DNA of 64,000 nt from contig OU015569.1 in assembly GCA_907165135.1 (NCBI GenBank), positions 1,364,001 through 1,428,000 on the forward strand, written 5' to 3'. The notes beneath the pieces are model-generated. The model was not told the DNA's origin. It saw only the letters and a list, made by a program, of their open reading frames with translations, and ran no database searches. The position numbers were made by a program, and so were the translations under genes. Numbering within the stretch: position 1 is the stretch's first letter; the number at the start of each line of letters is the position of its first letter. Below, one piece after another: positions 62,874 through 64,000 of this stretch. The stretch comes from Oikopleura dioica. Taxonomy: Eukaryota > Animalia > Chordata.

Positions 62874-64000
62874 TTATATTAAATAGTGAAATTTGAATAA
62901 GAAGCATAACAATCGTGAACAGTTTGATTGAATATGAGCTAGAAATCGCGGAATGCCGGATTCGGCAGACCGGAGTCGATTTTCTTGATTTGAACTGGCA
63001 GTTGCGAGGATCTGTTCGAGTTCTCGTCCCGCGATCGCCGACGCGCCCCGTAGTAAAAGGTTTTTCGAAGATGCGGATCGTCTTCGTTTCTTCGTCCACG
63101 TTTCTGATTGAAAATTCGTAATTGAAACACAGTTTTTCGGAAAGAAATACCTTTTGTAAAAGAGAAGGACGAAAGCGATAAGAGTAGCGAAAGTGAGCGT
63201 AAAGAGGATGTTGTTGACCCAGTCGAGCACCAAAATCACTTTTTCAGTGTGGTAGGTCTTTTCGATGGTGAGCTTGGCGCGGTTGAGGGTCTCCATGTAG
63301 CGGAAGGCCTCGACCCAGAACTCGATGGCCGACGCGTCTCGATCCACTCCATCCGGAATCTCAAGCGGCGCGGCTCTTCGTCGACGGTCATTGTTTCCTC
63401 GCTGAATCGCTTCACAATCTGTTTCTGATGGTTGGCAGGGAGTTCCGCGGCAATGCTGAAGTTTTAGTTAGATAGTATCTCATCCAAATAAATGTCTAGT
63501 GAGTAGTCCTTGAATGGTAAGTACTTACTGTAACAAAGCATTTGTACTGCAGCTGCTGTCTATCTTCCAGATTGTCTCGGAAGAAAAAGTTTTTCCACTC
63601 GAGCTCGGTGTTGCCGTTGGACGCAACTTTGGTGAACTTCATGCCGAAAATTTCCTTCATGTCAGGAAGAATGCATCTGTTCTTGATGATGTATCGTTTG
63701 CGCTCTGGCTTCCGAAGATCTGTCACTTCGCACGACTCGATGGTGACGGCTGTTGGAGAATTGACCCGTGCATAGACCATGGCCTCGATGTAGAGCATGT
63801 TTGAAGTCGTGTCTTCATCGGTGATGATGTTTTTGAAGAGGGGATCTCGTGCCAACTGGAATGAAACTTCAGTCGCTCCTGGAATCACGTCCGTGAACTT
63901 GATCGGGTTCAATCGAGGAATCATCGACAACGGAGAAGCGTCAAGATCTTTTGGAGGCGGAAGCGAACACTGGACGCTAGCAAAGTGAATTCGCGAAGAA
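62874..64000 (-). CDS. ZP-domain type I membrane protein, 3' part (5' end beyond the window)
   Basis: VTIESCEVT...YIIKNRC...FFF...QYKCFV (ZP-C), furin-like RRRR site, TM NILFTLTFATLIAFVLLFY. Cytoplasmic tail frame is ambiguous. Confidence 0.75.

Overview
Gene-dense eukaryotic genomic window with very short introns (mostly 40-55 nt), operon-like same-strand gene runs whose start codons follow bare AG acceptors, and frequent GA-AG, GG-AG and GC-AG introns. This combination points to a larvacean tunicate such as Oikopleura (inference). About 30 spliced genes were reconstructed by hand. They include PSMC6, OTUB1, NDUFB9, GPD1, a DUS1L-TRMT10 in-frame fusion, a U1A-type RRM protein, an Abl-like kinase, an aldo-keto reductase, NSE4, AP2S1, MRPL13 (with a nested antisense gene), an asteroid/FAM120-like protein, a stand-alone fructose-2,6-bisphosphatase, STRAP, MTAP, a C-type-lectin receptor, GCAT, CACNB, SoxB, a TSP1/sushi/WxxW protein, two ZP-domain genes and several orphans. 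Six MITE copies from five families and a ~9.4 kb gene-poor region upstream of SoxB are also present. The top finding is one ORF joining two tRNA-modifying enzymes (dihydrouridine synthase and m1G9/m1A9 methyltransferase). All family calls come from recognised motifs, not database searches.
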